DNA of 64,000 bases, taken from contig OZ025686.1 in assembly GCA_964019335.1 (NCBI GenBank), forward strand, positions 62,001 through 126,000, in the 5' to 3' direction. The notes under the pieces were generated by a model that was given only the letters and a program-made list of their open reading frames with translations, had not been told where the DNA came from and did not search any database. Shown here one piece after another: positions 20,553 through 31,436 of the stretch; the first letter of the stretch is position 1; each line of letters starts with the position of its first letter. This DNA comes from Diplonema japonicum (lineage: Eukaryota; Protista; Euglenozoa: Diplonemea). A program made the translations under genes and the position numbers.

Positions 20553-23500
20553 GTAAAAGACAATCCCACTCGAGGACAGCCTCTTGTGGTGTGAGTTCCT
20601 ATCTATTAATGCTCCCCTTCTGGAGCATAGCCTTCGTTCCTATTGTCGCCTTTAAAGCTTTTCGTAGTCTCGACACGCGTTCTTTCTTGTATGTCCCTTT
20701 CAACTCCTGTAGCTTTTGCGCTGTCTGTCTTGCTGCGAAGATCGGTCTCCTGTTAAAGCCTATTGCAGCCTTGCCTCCGATCGCTGTGAGCGACTTGACC
20801 CTCTTTGCCCCGTCCGCAGGGAAGGGGCGTCTTATCCGTCTCGTTCTGCACACTGCGTTGGCTCTCTCCACCAACAGCTTGATTCTGCGTGCCTTCCTCT
20901 GCATGTTGTAGACTCCCAGTGACTTTCCGGTTGTCTCCTCAAAGTCGAGTGCAAGTTCAGCTGCCGAAACCTCCGAGTCGGTGTCGCCCTCCACCCATCG
21001 CAGCTTTCCCATCCATTCCAGTAGTGGTTCCCCGAATTGCTCCAGCAGTCCCACCACTGTCCCCAGCTGTGCTGTCGTCGGTACCGGGGTCACTTTGCCT
21101 GTCACTTCCCGCTCCCATGGTAGCTTCTTGTTGCCGCCTTCTGCCTGCATCAGCCCTTCGTCCCGCTTTTCCACCACCATTGCCAGGTATCGCTGCAGCT
21201 TCTCCAGGTGTTCGAACCCGTTCCCCCTTGGTAGGATGGCATGCAGCTCGAGGCAGAGCGGCCATCCCGTCCTGTCGCGCAGTGGTTCCATCTCCTCCCG
21301 TATCAGCTCCTCTCGTGCTGGCGGGCACTCGTACAGCTGGTGGCGTAGCAGTGTTACTGTGTCCGCATGCTTGGTCGGGCAGAGGTCACATTCAAATCCC
21401 GACTCGTCTTGTCCTTCATGCGCCGCTGGCTCGTCTTGATCTTCCTCTTCTTCGCTCCGTCCCTCGGACTCGTCGTCCTCCTTCGTGGGGGGTACACACT
21501 TTGGTCCTGCTCTGGCATACGGACTTAGGTAGGGGATCCCTCCCGCAATTACCCTCTTGATACAGAAAGCTAGATGGCGATCTTTAGCTGTCCTCCAGAG
21601 GTCATTCGTTTTGGGATCTGCTCCTTCCCCGAGTCCGCTGACCGTCTTCCGTTCCGTTGCTAGTGTCGCACTCCTGGCTGCCCTTACAGCCGCCCTGAAG
21701 GCGCTTCCTCGCTTGGGCCACTCAAGTTCTGTGGCTATTTCCATCTTCTCCCAGTCCCATCCGATTCTCGGCATCCACCTGCATATCAGATTCCCCACCG
21801 GTCCCAGGGGGGTCCTCTGTGAGCCGTACCTCTGCACTATTTGTCGCACTCTCTGTCCAAGACCTGTCCTTTCCAGCGCGCTCGATATCACTTTTAGCGA
21901 GTGACAGATGACGTAGGACAACGGGTCATTGATGTGTCCTTTCAGCAAAACCGTATTCACCGCTGCAGGCGATCGTCCTCGGAAGTGAGGCCCCCATAGG
22001 TTGCAGGTCACTCTCGTTGTTAGCTTCTTCAGCGCCTCATCACTCGGAGGGGAGAATCCTGCCATTTCAGTACCTGCACCAGTCGTGCACTTGCCCACAG
22101 CCGGTAAATGGTACTGGTCACTGTGATCGGTCGGTGATCCAGAGGTGCCGTTCCTTCCCCCTTTGGGATGAGGGATACGAGTGCCGTCGTGACCTGCATC
22201 GGCCATTCGCCCGTCTCCTCTATCAAGTTGAAGAGGTCCGCAAACGCTTGTAGGATCGGAGCCGGCAGGCGCTTCAACTCACCAATCCGCCAGCCGTCCA
22301 CGCCGCATGCCCCCTTGTCCGCTTTCTTACCGATCACCTCTTTCAGCAGCTTGGCGTCGATGGGGGCGTGTGCCATCGGGTTGCTCTTGATGTGCTCACC
22401 GTACCGTCTCTGGAACTCGTCGAACTGCGGCTCGTCTTCTGGTGTTCGTGCGCAGAAGATGTCCGACCACGCCGTCCGCATCACTTTGTCCATCTTCTTC
22501 AGGTTGGCCGTCACTCCCCCGTCTGCTGCATCCACTGTTTGTGTCCCTTGCTTGGTGCTGTTATTCATCCAGGCCGTCACGTGCCTTCTCTCCTTCGCGA
22601 AGTTTGTGCGGATCGAACGTTCGTAGGCACGCGTTTGTGCTCTTTTCCTGCTCGTTATCAGGTCAGCAAGCTCTCCCTCGGTGAAGCATTCAGCCACTTC
22701 TAGGTCCTCCTGGATCACGTCTACGCTCTCTGCGTCGTCCACACGGCAGTGTTCTATCCCCAGCTCTCCTCCTAGCTTTGAGATGTTCCTCAACAAGTTA
22801 CGGGTCTCTGTCGACATCACTCCGCAGCCTCCTTCCTCCTGCAGTCGCGATATCCTGTCTTGTCCTGCTCGTATCTTCTTCTTGAGCTTCTCGAGCCGTA
22901 TCTGCCTGGTGGGGGCAGCCCCGACTGCCGTCCCCGTCGACCTCGCGCTTAGTTCCATGGGTATTGGCCTCCGCACGTTTCCCCTCCCTGTGTACGATCC
23001 TCGTGATGGTCCTTCGTACCCATGTAAGAGGTACGTCTCCGCCATGTTCGAGATTTCCGTCAGCGCTTCTGTCGGCTTCTTTGCTGCGATGTACTCCTTG
23101 TATCTCGACTCCTGCACCAGGTTTGCCGCCACCGCGGCAGGCGCTCTCTTCGTCTTCGGGATCTCCTGCGGCACCACATATCTCAGGACTTCCTGGTGGA
23201 AGGCCGGGACGTTGAGGGTCACGGCCAAGCAGCGGTGATCTGAGCCCAGAATTGAGCCGTCCACCCTACAGTGTCTGAGGCCCTGCGCTGCCACCGCGTT
23301 CAACAAGATCCTGTCAATCCTTGTCCCACAGTTGGTCTTCACGAAGGTGTCCTCCAGTGGTGTCCCTTCCCGCCTCGCACAGAAGTCCGCGGCGTCAATC
23401 CAATCTGTCTGCAGGGCTTTCTTCAGTACTGGGGATCGGTGTTCATCGGTGTTGAAATCCCCCACCACCGCCACTGGCACGTTCCCAAGCTCAAACCTCA

Positions 23501-23783
23501 GGCGGTGCAGTATGTAGTTCAGGAGTTCCTCTCGCTTTCCCTTCTTGATGGGGTCCTGGCCGGAGTGGCAGTAGACGTTCACTATGTGGAACCAGCGTTT
23601 GTCGGCGTCTAGCGACACCTTGACGTGCGTCCACCGATCTTTGTGCGGTCCGCTCGTTTCACATCGAACTGCTGTCCTCGGCTTCTTCACCAGTGTTCCC
23701 AGCCCTCCTCGTTCTGCTATGGTCAGCGAGGTGACTCCCTTGGACTTCCTCCCCGGTTGCGGTTTGCTCCACAGCCTTTCGTA
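20553..23783 (-). mobile_element. Non-LTR retrotransposon (APE-RT-CCHC), 5'-truncated with internal RT-core deletion
   Basis: APE motifs NVY, VVGDFN, TRIDRIL, SDH. RT start GVDGW..EL, W..LIPK, RPITVTSTIYRLWAS, then a frame jump at about 22060 into the post-RT region. CDLC..H..C finger. No YxDD. Confidence 0.92.
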
Positions 23784-23956
23784 CTGCAAAAAAAAGGAAT
23801 CGAAACCCTTCATGAAAAAGGGACGGGGGGGGCCCCCCAAAAAAAAGAAGGAACAAATTAAATCTTTTATTTTTTTCTTTCCCCCTTGTCTACTCTCTAT
23901 TCCATACCCCCCCCCCCCTTCCCCTATCTGTTCTAAATCACCCATTTCAATTCATT

Positions 23957-24961
23957 TTAGCTAGCCTGATTCATTGGGACGCCAACCTCCCACCATCGTT
24001 GTCTGTTCCAAACACCGTATTTATCAGCCATGTCGTTGGTGGCACGCGACTCAGTAACGTCCATCGAGTTGCCACGGAAGATGAGATTTGTGGCCATTTG
24101 AAGAAATTTGATGAACCAGAAGATGTTGAGGAGGAGAAGGACAACAAGCCCCATGATGCAAAGGACAAGCGGGACGGCACGGTAGAAATGCATGTCGACA
24201 ACAGGTATCCTGAACACATGCCACAAAACGTAGAACGGGAAGAAGATCAACCTGGTCACAGCCCACGTGACGATCATCAGCGGGAGAAGGAACAAACAAG
24301 CTCGTTTCCACCCCAATAGCTTCGCTGATTTTGTCAGACAAACCGTGATATCAGACATGTTGTGCGACACCATGACCAGCGCCCCTATCCTAGCGTACCC
24401 CATTATGTACGAAAGAACGATCAAGGTGACGGCGATCACATGGTGAAGCACCATTTGTCTGTAGTCCGCTCTCCTATCTGCCGTAAAGGACGTTCCCTCT
24501 TGAACGGTGAACTGCAGCGCGTGAAGCTGGTACCCCAGATGTATCATGTAGAACACCTTGAAGGGGATCGACATGGTCACCTCGCCAGACACGACCCCTA
24601 CATACAGCGGGTCGCCGTTGCCGTGCAGCACCTGTATGGACCATTCCTCGCTGGGCAGGTAGACGACAGCCCACAGTGTTATGAACACGTGCATGCCCAG
24701 GCTTATCCATTGGTTTATAAGCTTCAGTGCTATGGTGTCTACCATGACTCCCAGGTACTCGCCCATTCTCTCCACCATCAGCTTGCCGAATATGTACTCT
24801 CTTATTATCCCGAAGGCGAGCATGAACACGAACCCTAGCTTCAGCTCGTGCAGCCTCGTGGGCTCGTCGCTGCCCATCACGTGGTCATGAAACCACGTGT
24901 GCCGCATCAACGTGCTCACGTCCGCCCATAGCTTCACGAGGGTCTCCAACACGAGAGACAT
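23957..24961 (-). CDS. Ceramide synthase-like TLC/Lag1 protein
   Basis: Lag1 motif RADYRQMVLHHVIAVTLIVLSY..RIGALVMVSHNMSD..L.K; W...RL..FP; WF..IL-type end; multiple TM segments. Confidence 0.9.
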   Translation of the reverse strand: MSLVLETLVKLWADVSTLMRHTWFHDHVMGSDEPTRLHELKLGFVFMLAFGIIREYIFGKLMVERMGEYLGVMVDTIALKLINQWISLGMHVFITLWAVVYLPSEEWSIQVLHGNGDPLYVGVVSGEVTMSIPFKVFYMIHLGYQLHALQFTVQEGTSFTADRRADYRQMVLHHVIAVTLIVLSYIMGYARIGALVMVSHNMSDITVCLTKSAKLLGWKRACLFLLPLMIVTWAVTRLIFFPFYVLWHVFRIPVVDMHFYRAVPLVLCIMGLVVLLLLNIFWFIKFLQMATNLIFRGNSMDVTESRATNDMADKYGVWNRQRWWEVGVPMNQAS

Positions 24962-25167
24962 TATTTCCTCTCACCCACCTCCACCTTTATTTCTTTTGGA
25001 TGTATTTGATATTTTTATAAGAGGAAGTGTGTATGGGGGGGGGCTAAAATGCGGATGTGCAAGGGCTTCCTCACGTATTTTTTTTTTTTCCTCCCTCCTT
25101 CATATAGTAAATTCTCAAGAGTATACAAATGGCCTTCCCGTGTAAACGGGGTGGCTCCGCTTCTTCT

Positions 25168-25671
25168 CTACAGCTTCACACTGAAAAAGGAGCTCGACAT
25201 GATTTCAGATTTCGTACGACAGGCATCAGTAATAGCAGCAGTGTTGCATGCGTCTTCCAGGCTTCCAAAGAAGGTGGAGTTGGCATAACGCCACGTGAAG
25301 TTGGTGTCCAAATCAAGGTAGCGCAAGGCATCCTGGGTGAAGGATGAAAAACAGGATGCATAGACAAGAGCGGCGCCTGAGGTGTAGAAAAACATCACGA
25401 GAAGGAGGATGCAGCTTAGCCACGGGCTGTAGTACTGAACCCCCACTAGAAAGTTCAAGCATGCAAGGGAGGTTCCCAACGCAGCCAGCCAAGGCATGTA
25501 CTGCTCCATCTTGGCCGCCATGCACACCTTCCAAACCACAGTCACATTCTCACCCATTTCTACACCTTCTGACTTCTTCACATTCCCGCTGCAGTCCAGC
25601 GCCCACTCTCCACGCCCGAACAACCTGTCCCCCATGTTCGGCATCACCACTCTCACATCCCACTCATCCAT
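25168..25671 (-). CDS. Hypothetical 2-TM membrane protein (paralog of 26384-27046)
   Basis: ATG 25671 follows a pyrimidine-rich CAG. Shares VVMP..R..G, V..VW...A.K.E, FY.[ST]G and F..D.L with its neighbour. Confidence 0.72.
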   Translation of the reverse strand: MDEWDVRVVMPNMGDRLFGRGEWALDCSGNVKKSEGVEMGENVTVVWKVCMAAKMEQYMPWLAALGTSLACLNFLVGVQYYSPWLSCILLLVMFFYTSGAALVYASCFSSFTQDALRYLDLDTNFTWRYANSTFFGSLEDACNTAAITDACRTKSEIMSSSFFSVKL

Positions 25672-26383
25672 TCCACAGGTTCTGATCGGTAAGTGAGGGG
25701 CAGGGGGTAGGGGGCTTGTTTTCCTAATTCTTTCTTCCCAAATAAGTAATAAGGACAAACTAAAAACAGACGACAGGCATTTATGTAAACACAGATGGCG
25801 CGAAAAGAGGAAAGAGTTTAAAAAAAAAGGATGTGTAAATGAAGAGAGAGGGGGAGGGGAGGGGGGTTAAATGTACCTTTTAGTCTGTCAACAAACGCGT
25901 GTTTTCTTTTTTTTTTTTGTTCTTTTCCCTTTTTTTTTTCCCCCGGAGCATCACTTAGACAAATTCTGAATGCAAGAACAAAGGAGGGGGTAAGCAGCAA
26001 CTCTATCTTTTGATAGGCAACTCCCCCTCGTAGCAAAAGGCAACACATTTCTCTTTGTATTTCTTTTTGTTTCCTTCTGATTCTACCCCCCCCCAAAAAA
26101 ATGCAATTTTTGACAGCGTCTGACCCTAAATACAACATGCAGTTCAAAGGGAAGGATGTTGAATCCTTACATATAAAAGTCCAACATAGCATAGACCCAT
26201 CGGCACCAACTACAGTGGGGGTATCCTAATAATCGAAGAATCGTATATTCATATGCACTGCACGCCTTAGGGAGAGGGAGGGAAGAGGGTAAATAAAAAA
26301 AAAAGAAACGAACCTTAAAAAAAAAAGAAAGAAACAATGTAAAGGGTGCATTAGAGGGGGGGGGGGGGGGGGGTGGCCTTAAA

Positions 26384-27046
26384 CTACATACAATTAGGAC
26401 AAAGGGACTTCTTACCTTGTTTTCTGTCTATCCATCGCTGCATCTGACACACAGGACAGGTAGCGAGGACGATGTCGGGAGGAGGGGCGTGAGAGGTTTC
26501 GGGGGTGGAATAATAAGAATGCCCGTCTGTCCAGTGTGTGGAAAAGGAAAGATCATGGGCAGGAATCTCAGGTGTGGAGGTGGTGCCAGAATTGGTCCCA
26601 GGGAGGAGATGCTGAACTGTTGTGGAAGAGGTGCCCAGAAACCCACCAGGGCTAGCACTCCAAGTGAGGACTTTGACCTTCATGCCGAGCATGAAGAGCA
26701 CGTCTTCCTTGAACTCTGCCACAGCCGCAGAGTGCAGCAGCACACCGCCTGTGATGTAGAACAAGGACAACAGCCCCACTGTTGCGCAAAGCCATTCACC
26801 AATGACCTTTTTGTCCAGCAGTACCAATGCCGATGCTGCGCATAGTAACCATCCCAAGACCCACGTCCACCTCCCTTCCAGCTTCTTCGCTGTGCTCCTG
26901 TCCCACACGAAGTTCACCTCGTCAGCGACGTGCACCACCTCAGGACCTACCACTGAGAAGGGCTCCCCTAGCATCCGCTTTACTAAGCTGGGCATCACAA
27001 CGAGCACAGTCTGCGCGTAGAGCGAGTTGTCCATTGTCACCTTCAT
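26384..27046 (-). CDS. Hypothetical 2-TM membrane protein with C-terminal CxxC..CxxC zinc ribbon
   Basis: 220-aa ORF, CPVC...CPNC, strong TTTATTTCACAG acceptor just upstream. Confidence 0.78.
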   Translation of the reverse strand: MKVTMDNSLYAQTVLVVMPSLVKRMLGEPFSVVGPEVVHVADEVNFVWDRSTAKKLEGRWTWVLGWLLCAASALVLLDKKVIGEWLCATVGLLSLFYITGGVLLHSAAVAEFKEDVLFMLGMKVKVLTWSASPGGFLGTSSTTVQHLLPGTNSGTTSTPEIPAHDLSFSTHWTDGHSYYSTPETSHAPPPDIVLATCPVCQMQRWIDRKQGKKSLCPNCM

Positions 27047-27135
27047 CTTGGTAACCTGTGAATAAATAAAAAGGTTTTAAGGTAAATACGCAACGGGAAA
27101 AAAAGGAAAAAAACTAATGCAAGATGGGGCAACCT

Positions 27136-27501
27136 TCAGATGCGCAAGGCAACCTCCGACGAGGGGACGTATATGGCACGCACGCCCTCGGGGAGATGGA
27201 CAGCTAGTGTGCAGGTGGTTGGTGTTGCGCGAAGCACAACAGCACTGTGGACGCTTTTCTTGTTTGCATAGTCACATGGGGAAAGGTATCGCACGTTGGA
27301 GGGTGGCAGGGAGGTGCTTTGCTTCGTGCCAGGGTCGCCGTTGGGCACCTTTCTCATGCTGCTTCCATCGACCCAGCACTTTGCACTGTCTCTAAGAGTC
27401 ACATCGTACCTCCCCCCGTTGTGCTTGTTTATTACCACACCTGCAGCCCAGCTGCCCTCCACTATTACCTCGCAGCACTCGTACAAACCGTATTCCTCCA
27501 T
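27136..27501 (-). CDS. Small Tudor/Agenet-like (SH3-fold) protein
   Basis: CEVIVEGSWAAGVVINKHNGGRYDVTL...WVDGSSMR matches the Agenet/Tudor pattern; a second beta-rich repeat follows. Confidence 0.6.
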   Translation of the reverse strand: MEEYGLYECCEVIVEGSWAAGVVINKHNGGRYDVTLRDSAKCWVDGSSMRKVPNGDPGTKQSTSLPPSNVRYLSPCDYANKKSVHSAVVLRATPTTCTLAVHLPEGVRAIYVPSSEVALRI

Positions 27502-27554
27502 GTTGTGTAATGTCCTTTTGAGTTATGCTTATTTTGTGCACGGAAGGGAAGAAC

Positions 27555-27592
<38 letters not shown>

Positions 27593-27845
27593 CCGCTCGT
27601 CTTAGGACAGAAAGAATGCACTGGGTGGGAAAGAGGGGAGGGGGGAAGGGTACGCCGCATTCACGAAACAAATAAGAGAAAAACAAAACCATAAACTTAA
27701 TAAAAAAAAAAGTGGCAAATATCCCTTTTTTTTTTTTCGTTTCCCCCCCTCTTCGTTCCCCTCCACCCTTTTTTTCCCCCCTTTTATTTGTTCTTTTGTA
27801 CCTTCGTCGTTTTCCTTTTTTTTTTCTTTCTTCCCTTCTCTCTTT

Positions 27846-28771
27846 TCAGCTTTCCAGTTCCTCCTCCTCCTCTTCCTCCTCCTTTTTGACCGCCCCTGAT
27901 GCTAAGATAGGAGATAGCCATTCGCAGGTGTAGTCGAAACCATGAAGCTTCTTGGCGTAGTCCGATCTGTGATGGTTAGTATATAAAAAAAAAACCCCCC
28001 AGTCCACACCTCTCATCGACCAAATTGACAACAGAGACAACATCTCTCCACAGCCTGTCGCAGTTCAAGAAGCATCTGTTGAGGGTGATGGAGTGGTTCG
28101 TGCGCAGCAAGGTGCCGCCTCTAATCTTGTGGAAGTGGTAGAGCCTCCCCCTCGCACAATAGACCATCAAGGCACCCCATTCAGCATCGGGCACGGGAAT
28201 GGGGAGGAAGAAGGGGTCATGCGGAGGGTATGAGGGCAGCTCTACAGCTTTCTGCAGCGAGAGAATATCTTTCCAAGATATGTTGAAGTTACCCTCTTCT
28301 GATGTGAAGAGAATGTGCTTTTGTGTGAAGATCATGCGGCCTGGCCTGTGTGGTGGTCAACGAAGGGACGTGAAGGAGGACATACATTGATTTGCGCGAC
28401 CTTGCATTCCACGCACTGCACGAGTACCATGCCACGGGTTTCTCCCCGTCCGCGGCTAGGGCGGGCCAGTGTTCCTCGAACCTCGCCAGCCTTTCGCTGG
28501 CGTCCTTCTTCATTTTCTTCCTTGCAGACGATAGCTCCATGTCCGCCATCATCTCCTGCGTTTTGGCATATGCGTCCCCTGCTGCCATCAGCACCCTCTC
28601 CCCGAACTTTGCAGGCACACCCCTCGAAGTCTCCTCGTACTCCCTGTCCTTCTTCTTCTCCTCAGACACCTTCACCAACCGTTGGTGTTCTTCCTCCTCC
28701 GTTTCCCCATTCTCCAACGGTAGCGGGTACGGCACCAGGTCCGTGTGGTCGCTGTATGACAGCACCGTCAT
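27846..28771 (-). CDS. GRAM/PH-like domain protein; introns 28346-28385 and 27967-28009
   Basis: YSCS..M|PGRMIFTQKHILFTS..ISWKDILSLQK (GRAM-like). Two GT-AG introns join three ORF fragments; the second carries a TACTAAC branch point. Confidence 0.8.
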
Positions 28772-28942
28772 TGCTCTGAAAAAAGAGGTACTGCGCAAGA
28801 AGACAACAAAAAAAAAGGGGGGGGGGAGAAGTTAAAGCTACGAATGAAATATATAGCTTCTATACAAGAAAGGATAAAACAAAAAAAAAGGCAGTCAGAG
28901 AGAGAGAAAAACTAAGGCGGCCAGTACAATAAACGTGTTTTT

Positions 28943-31168
28943 TCACAAAAGTTGACTAAGAGGCACCTCAAGCCTCACCTGTCTCTTAGGTGTGTAGTCC
29001 GCTTCGTCATCTTCCGAGGTAGAGGAGCTCTCCTCGGAGTCGTAGGGTTCTTGCGTGAGCCACTCAGACTTCCCTGTGCTCGGATCGTGGGTAAAGTACA
29101 TCCCGGACGTCTTGTCCACATGAATGGTTTTGAGCGCCCCAGGCGTTGACGCAGTAAGTGTGGGGGCCACAGGGCCACGGGGAGGTGTCTGCTGTGGTGT
29201 CCTGTCACGGGGTGGCGACAGCTCCCCAATGAGCGCCATTATGGACTTCTGTGTCTCATTCTGCTGCTGCAGTGCTTTCGTCAGGTTTGACACTTCAGTT
29301 GCAAGCTGCTCATTCACGACTGACGTGTCCAGTTTGCTTTGAGGCAGTGGGCGCAGCCCTGCCAGTCCCTCCGCTGCTCCCTCTAGCCGTCGATTCGCAT
29401 TAAAGGAACCCTCTTCATGGGGCATCCACCTGTTCCCCGCATAAGGGTTGGGGCTCGCTATGGGGCTCTCCTGAGCACGAGTCGTAACAGGACTGTCCCT
29501 CACTCCATTTCGCCTGTCCTGTGGGGGTGTTCTCCTGCGCCTGCTAGGCTGCGTTCCGGATGTCTTTGCGGGTGACCGAGGGAGGGACCTTGGGCCGTTC
29601 ACAAGCTCGTTCCACTGTGCGTTACTGGCTGCTTCTGCGTCGCGTGCCTGCCACGCTGCCATAGGTGTGCCGGGGAGGCTTTTCGCTGGTGTAGAGGGCT
29701 GGTTCCTTCCCGAGCTCCGCAGGGACCTGCTGCTTCCGTTGCTGCTGAAACGCTGCAACTCTCCCAGATTAGCAGAGCCTGCTGCGGAAGGCACCCGGCT
29801 TACAACCTTTGGTGTCACAGGTGTGCCAGAAGGCACTACAGGAGTACCAGAGGGGGGCACGACAAGGTCTATAGAGTTCATTGCGTGCGGGATAGGCGGT
29901 GGGAGTTGTGGGGGAGGCTGGGATGGGAGTTGGGAAGGCTGAGACGAAGACTGGGACGGGGGCTGGGAGACCGGCTGGGATGGGGGCTGGGAAACTGGCT
30001 GGGACGGGGGCTGGGAAACTTGCGGGAAGGAAATGAACTGCTGGCCGCCACTAGGGGCTGTCGTGGGGGCTCGACTTACATTTGCCTCAGGTGACACAGG
30101 CTCCAAAAAGCCCCAAGCACGGTACGAGATGTTGGCAAAGCCTATCTTTTCATCCAGCTTGTAGTAGTCCGCTTTATCAGCGTCGTTACTTGGCCGGGGG
30201 CCTAGCTTGATGGACTTGCTTACCTGCTTACCTAGCGACCTCAGCAATGCTGCAGAGTCAAGCCGTATCGTGGAAAATCCAACGAACTTATTCTGGTCCT
30301 TGTTGGCCACAGTGAAGGCAAGGTCAAGATGCTCTGCTCGGGGGATCTTGAGGTTGAAGACGTCATTCCACACAGGGTCGCGGATGTCCCGTGAAGTGCT
30401 CCCCGTGAAGCTCTCTTCCTTCCCGTGGCCAGTTGCGGTCATCTTAACGACGGACATCACGTTTTTCCTTTCGGCCAGCCTGAGGTCTTTGCCTTCCTTC
30501 ACGGTGACGGAGATGCCTTCGATGTGCAGCCGACGTTGCTGTTTCGCAATCAGCTGGTACCAGTCGTAGCCGGCTCTTCCGCGTATTTTCACTGTGAGCC
30601 TGCCGAAGTCTTTGTTCTGTTCTTTTCTCTTGTAATACAAGGCCTTGTCTTGGTTGTTGCCCTCGCGTGGCTGGAGGTGTAGAGTCACAGCCTGCTCCTT
30701 TACAACAATGTTCGCAAAGAGGTCAACTGGGAGCTTGTGCTCTGCGTAGCCCTGGAACTCGTTGGCGCCGATGACGTCGTGGTCCATCACAGTGAAGCAC
30801 AACTTGAGGTCGCTGTAGGCATGGGGCAGGGGGAGGTTGAATCGCTCGTTCCACACAGGATCCAGCGTCTTTGCCTTCATGGCTGTCCGTGGAAGCTCCT
30901 TCTGTGTGTAAAGCAGCGACGCGGTTGACTTCTTGAGCATTGAGTTCTTACGGACACTTTTAGGGCTGGGCCCCGCAACCGGCTGCAAGTCGATGATGAC
31001 ATAAGGGTCAGAGAGCCCGTTGGGATCCATAGGGATGAGCCCTGAGGCACTGACCACAACAACGTCAAGTGAAGCAGGCAGCACGGAACCCAACTCGGAA
31101 ATGGACTGCGACAGTGAAGGCTCCCGAGACATGTTCGACGTGCTGGTGCTTAAATAGCTCCTTTCCAT
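28943..31168 (-). CDS. Double C2-domain protein with Pro/Ser-rich tail and C-terminal WW-like motif
   Basis: VVSASGL.PMD.NGLSDPYV..KTLDPVWNE.F..VMDHD..NEFQG; second C2 DPVWNDVF; SQPP repeats; DKTSGMYFTHDPSTGKSEW. Confidence 0.9.
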   Translation of the reverse strand: MERSYLSTSTSNMSREPSLSQSISELGSVLPASLDVVVVSASGLIPMDPNGLSDPYVIIDLQPVAGPSPKSVRKNSMLKKSTASLLYTQKELPRTAMKAKTLDPVWNERFNLPLPHAYSDLKLCFTVMDHDVIGANEFQGYAEHKLPVDLFANIVVKEQAVTLHLQPREGNNQDKALYYKRKEQNKDFGRLTVKIRGRAGYDWYQLIAKQQRRLHIEGISVTVKEGKDLRLAERKNVMSVVKMTATGHGKEESFTGSTSRDIRDPVWNDVFNLKIPRAEHLDLAFTVANKDQNKFVGFSTIRLDSAALLRSLGKQVSKSIKLGPRPSNDADKADYYKLDEKIGFANISYRAWGFLEPVSPEANVSRAPTTAPSGGQQFISFPQVSQPPSQPVSQPPSQPVSQPPSQSSSQPSQLPSQPPPQLPPPIPHAMNSIDLVVPPSGTPVVPSGTPVTPKVVSRVPSAAGSANLGELQRFSSNGSSRSLRSSGRNQPSTPAKSLPGTPMAAWQARDAEAASNAQWNELVNGPRSLPRSPAKTSGTQPSRRRRTPPQDRRNGVRDSPVTTRAQESPIASPNPYAGNRWMPHEEGSFNANRRLEGAAEGLAGLRPLPQSKLDTSVVNEQLATEVSNLTKALQQQNETQKSIMALIGELSPPRDRTPQQTPPRGPVAPTLTASTPGALKTIHVDKTSGMYFTHDPSTGKSEWLTQEPYDSEESSSTSEDDEADYTPKRQVRLEVPLSQLL

Positions 31169-31436
31169 CACCCCTTCCTGGTGGTGGTGGGTGCGGGGGT
31201 TTAAGGGGGGGGGGGGGGGGGGGGGGGACTAAACACGGTACTTCTTAAAACAAAACAAAAAATAAAAGGTCAGGCTGTAAAGACCCGCAGCCTGCAGCCT
31301 GTCTTTTTTTTGTTTTTGTTCCCCCCCCCCCCCCCACCTTCCGTTCGAATAAAAAAAATCTATGCAACGCCGACCCTCCAGTATCTATTACAGTGAAAGT
31401 ACAAAAAAAAAAAAAAAAGTAACTCAAGAGGAGGGA

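Noticed and set aside
23784-23945. N-terminal extension of the retroelement ORF
   Set aside because: Low-complexity host spacer read in frame, not APE sequence.
25984-26028. Hairpin GAGGGGG..CTATC/GATAG..CCCCCTC as an H/ACA snoRNA
   Set aside because: No correctly placed ACA/AGA box; a single hairpin is insufficient.
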